From positions 4,320,001-4,384,000 of the forward strand of contig OZ243938.1 in the NCBI GenBank assembly GCA_965214095.1: 64,000 nucleotides of DNA. Direction: 5' to 3'. Made by a program: the position numbers and the translations under genes. Shown piece by piece: positions 30,114-40,187 of the stretch. The first letter of the stretch is position 1, and each line of letters begins with the position of its first letter. The notes beneath the pieces are model-generated. The model did no database searches and was not told where the DNA came from. It was given only the letters and a program-made list of their open reading frames with translations. Source of the DNA: Candidatus Poribacteria bacterium. Lineage in GTDB: Bacteria > Poribacteria > WGA-4E > WGA-3G.

Positions 30114-30935
30114 ATGCCAGACTATACACGAGAACAGGTATTAGGACGACTCAATGCGGAGTTAGATAAAGGCAATTCACTTCTTGCTGTTGGAGCAGGA
30201 ACAGGTATTACTGCAAAATTTGCTGAAAAAGGCGGCGCGGATCTCATTGTCATCTACAATTCTGGACGGTATAGAATGTCCGGTTTTGGCTCTTGTGCTG
30301 GTCTGCTGGCTTACGGAGATGCAAATGCTATCGTCATGGAAATGGGTGAACGTGAAGTTTTACCTGTTGTCCAAGAAACACCTGTTATTGCCGGTGTGAA
30401 TGGGACTGATCCTACAAGACGGATGAGCAACTTTCTAAAACAGGTTCGCGATGTAGGCTTTGACGGAGTCAATAACTTTCCTACCGTCGGCGTGATTGAT
30501 GGCACTTTTCGGGTAACCCTTGAAGAGACAGGTATGGGTTTCTATAAAGAGGTAGAGACAATTGCAATCGCTCATGAAATGGATCTGTTCACAATCGTAT
30601 ATGTCTTTAACACTGAAGAATCAGAAGAAATGGCAAAAGCAGGGGCAGATGTGATTATCGCACACATGAATACAACGATTGGTGGCACTATCGGTGCGGA
30701 AACTGCTTTTACGCTTGAAGACGCAGCAGTCAAAGTTCAGGAGATTTGTGATGCAGCGAAGTCACAGAATCCTGATGTCATCTGCTTGTCACACGGTGGA
30801 CCTATCGCAAAAGCACCTGATGCAAAGTATATCAATGAGAATACAGATACTGTTGGGTTTGTAGGTGCTTCAAGTATTGAACGGTTCGCTTGTGAGGAGA
30901 GTATTCCACGTATTACGGCTTCGTTTAAAGAGTGA
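30114..30935 (+). CDS. Phosphoenolpyruvate hydrolase-like TIM-barrel protein
   Basis: GAGTGITAK, YNSGRYRM, NFPTVG, HGGPI, GFVGASSIER. Confidence 0.85.
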   Translation: MPDYTREQVLGRLNAELDKGNSLLAVGAGTGITAKFAEKGGADLIVIYNSGRYRMSGFGSCAGLLAYGDANAIVMEMGEREVLPVVQETPVIAGVNGTDPTRRMSNFLKQVRDVGFDGVNNFPTVGVIDGTFRVTLEETGMGFYKEVETIAIAHEMDLFTIVYVFNTEESEEMAKAGADVIIAHMNTTIGGTIGAETAFTLEDAAVKVQEICDAAKSQNPDVICLSHGGPIAKAPDAKYINENTDTVGFVGASSIERFACEESIPRITASFKE

Positions 30936-31038
30936 AATTAGTTGCCATTATTTTTTGATATGACCTACTCTATCAAGTTTCAAGTTGCTACATACCAGAT
31001 TTGAAACGGTTGGAATCATGTCAATCTTGAAACAACAT

Positions 31039-31141
31039 TATTGTGAATTATAAATATAAGTTGACACTTTCGACCCACGGTAGGCGAGGTTTCCTAACCT
31101 CGCCGATGCAGAGTGTTCAAGTAATTTCAAAATCTACTATA
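31039..31141. mobile_element. MITE family B copy 2
   Basis: 103-bp near-identical copy. Confidence 0.85.
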
Positions 31142-31244
31142 ACTTGCCAATAGTTGGGTATTTCTCGTGTTGATTTGTAGGTAGAAACCCTTTTACGTAG
31201 AGAAAATATTGGACCCAACTTAAGTATTCACAAGGAATTTCCAC

Positions 31245-34079
31245 ATGCAATTCAGATATCTACTTGTTACTTTCGCGTTATTACATTTTTCTATATTGGG
31301 TTTTGCCCAGCAAAACAAAGTTCTGAAACATGGTAGTTCTATCCAAGCGATCGAAATCTCTCCTGTCAATCCCTCTCTTGTTGCAAGTGGCAGTGATGAC
31401 AACACCATCAAACTATGGAATTTGCTTGATAACACTACTATCGCTCTCACCGGACACACGGATAAAGTCAATTCAGTGACATTTTCACCGAATGGGCAAT
31501 TACTTGCGACTGGTGGTAATGACCGTCAAATTAAAATCTGGGATGTCAATAAGAAACAAGTCATTACTACGTTTAGTCATATATTTCCTGAATCTTCACT
31601 CTCTGCAGTCAACTCTCTAGCTTTTTCTCCTGATGGGAAGATGCTTGTAAGCGCAGGATATCAAAGTGTTAAACTATGGGATGTTGATGGTTGGATTGAG
31701 AAGCAAACACTCAAACACGATGACTGGGTACACGCAGTTGTGTTTTCACCCAATGGAGAGTTACTTGCTGCAGTTGATGGTAGACTAATTAAGATCTGGG
31801 ATGTCAATCAGCAAAAAGTTATTGAACAATTGGATGGTGACTCAGATTGGATTGGTGCTATTGCATTTTCACCGGATAGCCAAACTTTCGTCAGCGGAGG
31901 ATCTGAAGGGAGAATCAAATTATGGTCGGTGTTGAATTGGAAGATAATTAAAGAATATAAAGATGTTTCATCGATATCAGACCTTGACTTTTCACAGGAT
32001 GGTAAAAGCATCACTAGTGCCGGTAATTCTGTTGTTGTTTGGAATGTTAAGAATGGCGAAAGAGTTACATCCTTTTCAAAACATACTGGTTGGGTTATGG
32101 AGGCAGCATTTTCCGCAGATGGAACAACCATCGTCAGCGGAGGACTTGAAGATGGAACACTCTATGTCAATGAAATAGAAAAATCAAAATTATCAATAGG
32201 TGATCCGAATACCGTCCGCTTAATCTACTTTCTGCCAAGTGACCTTTCACCACAACCAGATATAGACAAAAAGTTAGACAAATTAATTAAAAACGTTCAG
32301 AACGTTTACGCTTCACAGATGGAATACCATGGATTCGGTAGAAAGACCTTTAAGATTGAAACTAACTCCACCGGTAAAGTTGTAGTACATCACGTGAAGG
32401 GGCAATACAAGGATGCATATTATCAGAAGGAGTCAAGTAAAATTTGGGACGAAATTGATAAGCGATTTGACGTTTATAACAACATCTATCTGGCTGCTTT
32501 AGATAGTAGTTCTGATGTCCTTGATGGTTTCGCATCTGGGTTTGGTATACCAACTGGTGATTTTGGTGGCAAAGTTGTAATTCCTGCTTCTAGTTCCAGT
32601 TCTTATGATACGGCAGTGACCGTTCACGAACTTGGACATGCATTTGGTTTAGTACATGACTATCGCAATAATTTGAAGACATGGGTAGATGAGTTTATAA
32701 ATGAACCTATGACAACATCTCTCTGTGCAGCACAATGGTTGGATGTACATCATTATTTTAACACAAGAGAATATGGTAAAAATCTACTTACGACCATTAA
32801 GGCGGTATCTGCAAATCGCATAGAGAAAACTAATTCAGTCCGCTTTATATTTGATATAACTGATCTTGATGGACTGCATCAAGCACAATTCTTAATACCA
32901 GAATCTCATGAATCACCATTTCAAAAATTGCATGATTTTAAAGTCTTGAATGGTCAGAAAGACACAGTCGAATTTATCACCACACAATTGACACCTAATA
33001 CTAAATCTATAACGATTCAAATCATTGATAAAATCGGGTTTTACACTAAGAAAAAGTTTACAATTAGGACGAATTCTCTACTGCCTTCACCCAAAGTTGT
33101 GTCCATACCGGATGTCAAATTAGCCGCTGCCGTTCGTACAGCATTAAACCTACCCCATGGAAAACGAATCACACAGTTGGATATGCTAAACTTGTATGGA
33201 CTCAATCCTAATGGAGATTTTGATGTTAGCAATCATCAGATTACCAACCTTACTGGAATTGAACATGCAACGAATCTAACAAGTTTGAATCTCAGTATGA
33301 ATGAGATTAACAACATACATCGGCTTGTACAATTGAAGAACTTGCGTGTTTTGAAGATCGATAATAATCAAATCAGGAACATAAAACCACTCATAAAAAT
33401 GACAAACTTAAAAGAAGTATCGCTAAGAGGGAACCCAATTGAAGATGTCTCACCTATTCGTACCTTACTTAAGGAAAAGCCTGATATTCACCATGATATT
33501 TGGCATCTCATCTACGATGTTGAAAAAATTACTGGTCCTTGGCTTTGGATGTTTGCCCCAACAAGTGAAGGAGAAGGCGGTGCAAGCTCCATTGACGTTG
33601 ATTCACTTTCCACCTTGAGCAAAGGAGTTGTCACTGAAGATATTGTTTCAAGAAAAGGAGCCAGAGTACGCGGTTTTGTTGGTAAACGTTCTTGGATTCA
33701 GGAAAGAATCACGGACGACAACGACGATAATATCAACAAACTTGTGAATAGAAAACGTATAATAGATACAAGTAACCCAAAACATAAATACTACTCAAAG
33801 TATACTAAAGATTATACTGCATACGCCCTTATCACACTTAAGTCTGCCTCTGCTCAATCTGATGTATTGATGTTCGTTGGCAGTGATGATGCTATTAAAG
33901 TGTGGTTAAACGGTAATGTGGTGTACAAAAATGCTATCAATCAAGGAGCAAAAGACTTTCAAAATAGTTTCAAAGTAGATTTAAATGCAGGTAATAATCT
34001 ATTATTGGTTAAGGTCAGCCAGAGTGGTTATAAATGGAGTATGTTTGTAGGTATTAATGCAGATGTAACCACTAAATAA
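31245..34079 (+). CDS. Secreted WD40 + zinc metallopeptidase + LRR + beta-sandwich protein
   Basis: Signal peptide, about 7 WD40 repeats, HELGHAFGLVH, internalin-like LxxLxLxxN repeats, C-terminal GSDDAIKVWLNG domain. Confidence 0.82.
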   Translation: MQFRYLLVTFALLHFSILGFAQQNKVLKHGSSIQAIEISPVNPSLVASGSDDNTIKLWNLLDNTTIALTGHTDKVNSVTFSPNGQLLATGGNDRQIKIWDVNKKQVITTFSHIFPESSLSAVNSLAFSPDGKMLVSAGYQSVKLWDVDGWIEKQTLKHDDWVHAVVFSPNGELLAAVDGRLIKIWDVNQQKVIEQLDGDSDWIGAIAFSPDSQTFVSGGSEGRIKLWSVLNWKIIKEYKDVSSISDLDFSQDGKSITSAGNSVVVWNVKNGERVTSFSKHTGWVMEAAFSADGTTIVSGGLEDGTLYVNEIEKSKLSIGDPNTVRLIYFLPSDLSPQPDIDKKLDKLIKNVQNVYASQMEYHGFGRKTFKIETNSTGKVVVHHVKGQYKDAYYQKESSKIWDEIDKRFDVYNNIYLAALDSSSDVLDGFASGFGIPTGDFGGKVVIPASSSSSYDTAVTVHELGHAFGLVHDYRNNLKTWVDEFINEPMTTSLCAAQWLDVHHYFNTREYGKNLLTTIKAVSANRIEKTNSVRFIFDITDLDGLHQAQFLIPESHESPFQKLHDFKVLNGQKDTVEFITTQLTPNTKSITIQIIDKIGFYTKKKFTIRTNSLLPSPKVVSIPDVKLAAAVRTALNLPHGKRITQLDMLNLYGLNPNGDFDVSNHQITNLTGIEHATNLTSLNLSMNEINNIHRLVQLKNLRVLKIDNNQIRNIKPLIKMTNLKEVSLRGNPIEDVSPIRTLLKEKPDIHHDIWHLIYDVEKITGPWLWMFAPTSEGEGGASSIDVDSLSTLSKGVVTEDIVSRKGARVRGFVGKRSWIQERITDDNDDNINKLVNRKRIIDTSNPKHKYYSKYTKDYTAYALITLKSASAQSDVLMFVGSDDAIKVWLNGNVVYKNAINQGAKDFQNSFKVDLNAGNNLLLVKVSQSGYKWSMFVGINADVTTK

Positions 34080-34090
34080 CGGAGATTGAA

Positions 34091-36487
34091 ATGTCAATTA
34101 AGGTGAATGAGTTTCAAATTCTGAATGCAGATGATGACGAATTGATGCGGATAAGCCGAGAAGGAACACTATCACTCAATTTGGATGAAATGCATGCAAT
34201 ACAGAAACATTTTGCTGAACTCCAACGTAACCCTACCGATGTAGAACTTGAAACCATCGCTCAAACATGGTCTGAGCATTGTGTTCACAAGACATTCAAA
34301 AGCCTTATCCTCTATTCAGAAGATGGCAAGGAAACAGAAGAAATTGATGGCTTGTTTCCAACATACATTCAACGTGCAACGGAAGTGATAGACAAACCGT
34401 GGTGTGTTTCGGTCTTTTCTGACAATGCAGGAATTATTGAATTTGATGAAAAATACAATTTAGTATTCAAGGTAGAAACTCATAATCACCCCTCCGCAAT
34501 AGAACCTTACGGTGGTGCAGGAACAGGGATTGGTGGGGTTATCAGAGATTCTCTCGGAACAGGACTTGGTGCAAAACCAATCTTAAACACAGATGTATTC
34601 TGTTTCGGTTTGCCAGATACTCCCTACGATAAATTACCAAAAGGAACTCTCCATCCGAAGCGCGTATTTAATGGCGTTGTTGCAGGTGTTCGTGATTACG
34701 GCAACCGAATGGGTATTCCAACGGCAAACGGTGCAATCTTATTTGACTCACGTTATACCGCAAACCCTCTGGTTTTCTGTGGCAACGTGGGACTCATCCC
34801 AAGAGATAGATGTGATAAATCTGTAGAACCTGGCGATTTAATCGTTGCTTTAGGTGGACGCACAGGACGTGATGGGATACACGGTGCAACCTTTTCCTCA
34901 GCAGAACTGGATGATACATCTGAAAACCTTGGAAGTGTTGTGCAAATTGGCAATCCAATTATAGAAAAGAAGATTGTTGATGCCTTACTACAGGCACGAG
35001 ATCAAAACCTGTTCCGCTCCATAACAGATTGTGGAGCAGGCGGGTTCTCATCGGCTGTTGGAGAGATGGGAGAGGATACTGGTGCAGAAGTACATCTGGA
35101 ACGTGTCCCTTTAAAATATGAAGGTCTTGCACCATGGGAAATATGGTTGTCAGAGGCACAAGAAAGAATGGTCATTGCTGTTCCTCCTGATAATTTAGAT
35201 AGACTTCAGGAGATTTGTGACGCTGAGATGGTAGAAGCAACTGTTCTTGGTAGTTTTACAGATTCTCACAGATTGCAGGTCTTATATGAAGGTGAGACGG
35301 TCGCTGATTTAGACATGGACTTTCTACATAAAGGACTACCGCAACATGTGAAGAAAGCAACGTGGCAGATACCTCAGCATAAAGAGATGCAATCACGTGA
35401 TGGTATTGCCGATGACTATGCCGATGACCTATGCCAACTCCTCGCAAGTCCAAATATAGCAAGTAAAGAATCTGTTATCCGTCAATACGACCACGAGGTG
35501 CAGGGTGGAATAGTAATCAAACCATTGGTAGGTGTCAAGAATGATGGTCCAAGTGATGCATGCGTTGCAACCCCAATTATTGGGAGTGAGAAGGCTGTCA
35601 TCGTTTCAAACGGAATCAATCCCAAATATAGTGATGTTGACCCCTATATCAGTGCTGCATCTGCAATAGATGAAGCTCTACGGAACATCGTCGCAGTCGG
35701 TGGAACATTGGAGAAAACTGCACTACTTGATAATTTCTGTTGGGGTAATCCCGACAAACCTGACAGACTTGGTGCGTTAGTTCGTGCTGCAAAGGCATGT
35801 TATGACATTGCAACCGCCTATGGTACCCCCTACATATCGGGTAAAGATAGTCTTTACAATGAATATCGTGATACAACAACAGGTGAACAACGTGCCATTC
35901 CTTCCACGCTACTCATATCCGCAATTTGCGTCATGCCAGACATTTGCAAAGCAGTGACGATGGATGTGAAATCTCCGGTAAATCTCATCTATGCCGTTGG
36001 AAATACATACTTAGAATTGGGTGGTTCTCACTACTTTGCTATACACGATTATATCGGAAATATCGCGCCTATTGTCCGCACAAATGAAGGTAAATTGACA
36101 ATGGAAACACTCAGCTCAGCAATCAACAGAGGTTTAGTCCGTTCTTGTCATGACTGTTCAGAGGGAGGGATAGGCGTTGCAGCTGCTGAAATGGCATTTG
36201 CAGGTGGATATGGAATGTCGTTAAACCTGAGTAATGTGCCTACTGGTGAGGATATATCCTATGATGATTTTCTACTATTCTCCGAATCAAATAGTCGTTT
36301 CCTCGTTGAAATTGAACCTAAAAATCAGACAACATTTGAACATCACATGGAAGGTGTTCCAATCGGTTGTTTAGGTCAAGTGATAGATTCACAAGAGTTT
36401 GTTGTTGACGGAATAACTCAAAACCGTGTCATCAATTCATCGATTGAGACTCTCAAATCTGCATGGCAAACTCCATTGGCTCCGTAA
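34091..36487 (+). CDS. purL: Phosphoribosylformylglycinamidine synthase subunit PurL
   Basis: WSEHCVHK, KVETHNHPSAIEP, DCGAGG, SEAQERM, SGKDS. Confidence 0.95.
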   Translation: MSIKVNEFQILNADDDELMRISREGTLSLNLDEMHAIQKHFAELQRNPTDVELETIAQTWSEHCVHKTFKSLILYSEDGKETEEIDGLFPTYIQRATEVIDKPWCVSVFSDNAGIIEFDEKYNLVFKVETHNHPSAIEPYGGAGTGIGGVIRDSLGTGLGAKPILNTDVFCFGLPDTPYDKLPKGTLHPKRVFNGVVAGVRDYGNRMGIPTANGAILFDSRYTANPLVFCGNVGLIPRDRCDKSVEPGDLIVALGGRTGRDGIHGATFSSAELDDTSENLGSVVQIGNPIIEKKIVDALLQARDQNLFRSITDCGAGGFSSAVGEMGEDTGAEVHLERVPLKYEGLAPWEIWLSEAQERMVIAVPPDNLDRLQEICDAEMVEATVLGSFTDSHRLQVLYEGETVADLDMDFLHKGLPQHVKKATWQIPQHKEMQSRDGIADDYADDLCQLLASPNIASKESVIRQYDHEVQGGIVIKPLVGVKNDGPSDACVATPIIGSEKAVIVSNGINPKYSDVDPYISAASAIDEALRNIVAVGGTLEKTALLDNFCWGNPDKPDRLGALVRAAKACYDIATAYGTPYISGKDSLYNEYRDTTTGEQRAIPSTLLISAICVMPDICKAVTMDVKSPVNLIYAVGNTYLELGGSHYFAIHDYIGNIAPIVRTNEGKLTMETLSSAINRGLVRSCHDCSEGGIGVAAAEMAFAGGYGMSLNLSNVPTGEDISYDDFLLFSESNSRFLVEIEPKNQTTFEHHMEGVPIGCLGQVIDSQEFVVDGITQNRVINSSIETLKSAWQTPLAP

Positions 36488-36530
36488 CTTTAGCCAAACA
36501 CATGTGTTTAATCAATAAAGGGAGGAAGAT

Positions 36531-37337
36531 GTGAAACCGAATGTGCTTGTCCTACGAACAGCAGGAACAAACTGTGATGTAGAAACAGATGTTGCATTTC
36601 AACTTGCTGGTGCAAAAACCGATTTAGTTCATATTCAGAACCTAATCTCTGGCAATACAGACTTATCCGATTACCAGATACTTGCTATCCCTGGCGGCTT
36701 CTCTTATGGTGATGATATTGCAGCGGGAATACTTCTCGCTGTTGAAATGAAGCATAAGTTGAGAGATGCACTTCATCAATTTGTAGAGAAGAATAAGCTT
36801 ATTATTGGAATCTGCAACGGTTTCCAGGTTCTTGTCAGAACAGGATTATTACCAGGAATTGAAGACATTAAAGAGAAAACAGAATTATCGCAATCGACAA
36901 CCTTAGCTATGAATACATCAGCAAAGTTTGAATGTCGTTGGGTGGAATTAGATACTCAGCAGAGTCCGTGTGTTTTCACTACAGGTATTAAGCCGCAACT
37001 CTATCTCCCAGTCGCACATGCTGAAGGTAGGTTTAATGCACCTAATGAAGTTTTGGCAGAATTGGAATCTAACAAACAGGTGGTATTCCGTTACAGCAAT
37101 GGTAAACAATCTTCATCAAACAATACTGACTATCCATACAATCCCAACGGTTCCGATGCTGATATTGCTGGTATCTGTGATAAAACTGGTAGGATATTCG
37201 GTTTGATGCCACATCCTGAACGGTTTCTGACAAGATACAACCATCCACGGTGGACACGGGAAGACCTTCCTGAAGAAGGAGATGGTCTTGCGATATTCAA
37301 AAACGCTGTTGAATATGTAAAAGCAACTTTTTCATGA
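36531..37337 (+). CDS. purQ: Phosphoribosylformylglycinamidine synthase subunit PurQ
   Basis: GTNCD, PGGFSYGD, GICNGFQ, MPHPER. Confidence 0.95.
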   Translation: MKPNVLVLRTAGTNCDVETDVAFQLAGAKTDLVHIQNLISGNTDLSDYQILAIPGGFSYGDDIAAGILLAVEMKHKLRDALHQFVEKNKLIIGICNGFQVLVRTGLLPGIEDIKEKTELSQSTTLAMNTSAKFECRWVELDTQQSPCVFTTGIKPQLYLPVAHAEGRFNAPNEVLAELESNKQVVFRYSNGKQSSSNNTDYPYNPNGSDADIAGICDKTGRIFGLMPHPERFLTRYNHPRWTREDLPEEGDGLAIFKNAVEYVKATFS

Positions 37338-37768
37338 GTAATAAATTATCGCGTAAATTACTTCCTTTCTACATGAAATTGCCTATCTTCTGGGCATTCA
37401 TCATCATAACAATTATTGGACAGGTAATGTGGGTCGCAGCAATATCAAAAGACCCTCGTATTGATTTAAGATGGTTAACTTTTGGATATGCATTTGGAAT
37501 AGTGCTCGGATTTATGCAGGGCAAGTGGACATCACGCCTTTGGCAAAATTCATACCTACAAGTCCTAAGACGAGAGATAACATTCTGGCAGGCAAATGGG
37601 GCAAAGAGCTTAACATATTTCACCTCTTTCGCACTCGGACTACCGGTAGTCGGAATATTCTTGATTGAATCGACAGCAGAATTAGCGGGTATACAATCAT
37701 ACATATTTGGGTTTGTTGGTGGTATGAACATCGCTTTGTTATTATGGGTAAGACGTGTTCCGAAGTGA
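37334..37768 (+). CDS. Hypothetical 4-TM membrane protein
   Basis: ATGA overlap with purQ; four hydrophobic segments. Confidence 0.7.
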   Translation: MSNKLSRKLLPFYMKLPIFWAFIIITIIGQVMWVAAISKDPRIDLRWLTFGYAFGIVLGFMQGKWTSRLWQNSYLQVLRREITFWQANGAKSLTYFTSFALGLPVVGIFLIESTAELAGIQSYIFGFVGGMNIALLLWVRRVPK

Positions 37769-37833
37769 TATTTCCTATAGAATACACTTGATTTTTCTAT
37801 ACACAACAAGTTATAATTGATGAACTGGAGGAA

Positions 37834-38241
37834 ATGTGTATGTCTGATGTAAAAATTACCACGCAGGAATGTGTCATATTCTTTGCCTTTCTAAATTATA
37901 TTAAAATGCCAAAAGAGTATCGTGTTTCTATAGAAAAATCTGGTTGCAACGAAGAAATGAAGTCCGCAGTATGCGATAAACCACATCGTCCCGAACCAGT
38001 GCGGAACCGATCGAAGAAACCAGAATATACCTTGGATGACCTTCTTTCACAGATGCCTGAATATAAAGATTTTTTTGAAGCTGTCAAATCCGGTAAATTG
38101 AAACCTCATCGTCCCGAACCAGTACGTACCCGTTCAAAAAATCCAAAATATAGCTTGGATGAACTCTTATCGCAATTGAATGATGACAATAGGCATGAGG
38201 AAGTTGAGACAGGTAGTGCAGTAGGCAACGAGGAATGGTAG
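37834..38241 (+). CDS. MazE/PemI-like antitoxin derivative with internal duplication
   Basis: C-terminus YSLDELLSQL..DNRHEEVETGSAVGNEEW resembles the MazE tail and overlaps the mazF start; GGAGG RBS. Confidence 0.7.
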   Translation: MCMSDVKITTQECVIFFAFLNYIKMPKEYRVSIEKSGCNEEMKSAVCDKPHRPEPVRNRSKKPEYTLDDLLSQMPEYKDFFEAVKSGKLKPHRPEPVRTRSKNPKYSLDELLSQLNDDNRHEEVETGSAVGNEEW

Positions 38242-38408
38242 CAAGAACCGATTACATACCAGTACCGGGTGATGTTGTCTGGATTGATTTTGATCCGCAA
38301 GCTGGACATGAACAAGCAGGTCGTCGTCCAGCAGTTACACTTTTCCATCAGTCAATTCCTCCTAAATGTTGCAATCCCGAATGTTCGGGGTTAACACCTT
38401 TTAGTTAG
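38235..38408 (+). pseudogene. mazF: Truncated MazF/PemK toxin
   Basis: Translated by hand: MVARTDYIPVPGDVVWIDFDPQAGHEQAGRRPAVTL, then unrelated sequence and a stop after 57 aa. Confidence 0.85.
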
Positions 38409-38419
38409 TTTTCATCCAC

Positions 38420-40135
38420 ATGCAACTTGATAAAAATCAGCAGAAAGCCATCAACCACCTATCCGGTCCTGCTATTGTAGTTGCTGGACCGGGAAGTGGA
38501 AAAACCACTGTCGTAACATCCCGAATTCTAAATCTAATCCAAAACCACAACATCCCTCCAACTAATATCCTTGCAATAGCATTTAATAGAAAAGCCGTTG
38601 AAGAGATGGAAAACCGACTATTAAAGCTGCAACCATCTAATAATGGGTTACCAACAATCCGTACACTCCACGCCTTCGGTAAAGACATAGTCTACGCTCA
38701 TTATAAACAAGCTGGATTCAGTCGTCCTCCCGAAATTTGGTCAAGTGAAATAGACCGAATCATCGCACAAGAAAAACGAGAAATAGACCATGCGGCATCT
38801 TCAACCAATGTGGCAATCTATAGAATAGAACAGAATAAGACTGGTAAATGTTACATTGGACAGTCGACTAATCCTGAACGTCGTCGGAGAGAACATTTCA
38901 CACATTCATCAAATGACCGTCTACGTCAAGCAATCCGATCTCAAGGTGAAAATCACTTTACTTTTGAAGTGTTGGAACAGGTGCATGGTATAGACGCAAA
39001 CTCTCGTGAAGCATATTGGATTAGACATCACAGAAACCGTGGTAGCGTGTTCAACCGTGCTGATCCGATGCGATTAAAGTATAGCAATCAACTCATGCTT
39101 GAGATGTTCTGCCAACATTTTGGAATTGAATATACAGATCATCTTGATAGGGATCCTGAGTTTGAAGGCTTAGTAAACAGATTCAACGACATCAAAGAAA
39201 CGGTCATGCGTGGAAAGCGACAGGTAAAAAGAGGTCTCTTTGATGCTAATAGTATAACAAATATCGTCACTCGTGAATTTGCGATGAAGTATGAGGATCA
39301 GAAATCTGCAGCAAACGCTGTTGATTTTGAGGATATGATTATCTATGCTGCGCATCTGTTAGAAACCAATCCTGAAATAAGACAACATTATACGGATAAA
39401 TATCGTTTTGTACTCGTTGATGAATTTCAAGACATCGCTCCAATTGACTTTCGCTTAATATCTCAGTTGTCAGATAATCTGTTTGCTGTCGGTGATGATG
39501 ATCAAGCGATTTATAGTTTCCGTGGTGGTGATTCTCATATAATGCAAAACTTCTCAAACAGACAAGATGTTGTACAATATGAGATTACACGCAACTTTCG
39601 TTCCAATTCAACAATTGTTGAGCATGCAAGAGCATTGATTGAACGTAACGACCCCAGAATACGAAAGAATCTGCGATCATATAACCCACTCAAATCCACA
39701 ATAGAAATCGTTGAAACGACACCCTTTACGATATATGAAATACTTCCGCAGCAACTATCCAAACCTATGGAGACAGCAATCCTTGTCAGAACAAACTATG
39801 AAGTTGGACGAATAGAGGAGATGTTGTCCGATTTTAACTCTCCGCAAGGGATTGAAGTTACAACAATACATAAAGCAAAAGGTCGGGAGTGGAAAAAGGT
39901 TATCCTAATCCACAACACGTTGGACAGACGGTTTCCTCGCAAAGATAATATCATCGCTGAGGAACGCCGTGTGTTCTATGTTGCGATGACACGTGCGAAG
40001 GAGAAGTTGGTCATTCTTGGCGGGAATTGTCAGTTTGTTCCTGAGTTTGAGAAGATTTCGAAGAATGTCAGTTATTATCTTCGGCAGTTGTCATATTGGC
40101 ATGCAAGAAGGAAACTGAAAAAACTTGAGACATGA
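38420..40135 (+). CDS. UvrD/Rep SF1 helicase with inserted GIY-YIG nuclease domain
   Basis: Motifs AGPGSGKT, DEFQD, GDDDQAIYSFRG, NFRS, TIHKAKGRE, EERRVFYVAMTRA; insert AIYRI...YIGQS...R...RE...FN at aa ~131-213. Confidence 0.88.
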   Translation: MQLDKNQQKAINHLSGPAIVVAGPGSGKTTVVTSRILNLIQNHNIPPTNILAIAFNRKAVEEMENRLLKLQPSNNGLPTIRTLHAFGKDIVYAHYKQAGFSRPPEIWSSEIDRIIAQEKREIDHAASSTNVAIYRIEQNKTGKCYIGQSTNPERRRREHFTHSSNDRLRQAIRSQGENHFTFEVLEQVHGIDANSREAYWIRHHRNRGSVFNRADPMRLKYSNQLMLEMFCQHFGIEYTDHLDRDPEFEGLVNRFNDIKETVMRGKRQVKRGLFDANSITNIVTREFAMKYEDQKSAANAVDFEDMIIYAAHLLETNPEIRQHYTDKYRFVLVDEFQDIAPIDFRLISQLSDNLFAVGDDDQAIYSFRGGDSHIMQNFSNRQDVVQYEITRNFRSNSTIVEHARALIERNDPRIRKNLRSYNPLKSTIEIVETTPFTIYEILPQQLSKPMETAILVRTNYEVGRIEEMLSDFNSPQGIEVTTIHKAKGREWKKVILIHNTLDRRFPRKDNIIAEERRVFYVAMTRAKEKLVILGGNCQFVPEFEKISKNVSYYLRQLSYWHARRKLKKLET

Positions 40136-40187
40136 ATGAGAGAATGTGCTATAATCCTAAAAAATTATTGAGTTTACCGTTAACCTA

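Noticed and set aside
38810-39058. GIY-YIG insert as an intein or group I intron
   Set aside because: No intein N-terminal block or His-Asn/nucleophile junction, too short for splicing domains, fully in frame, and no non-coding intron core.
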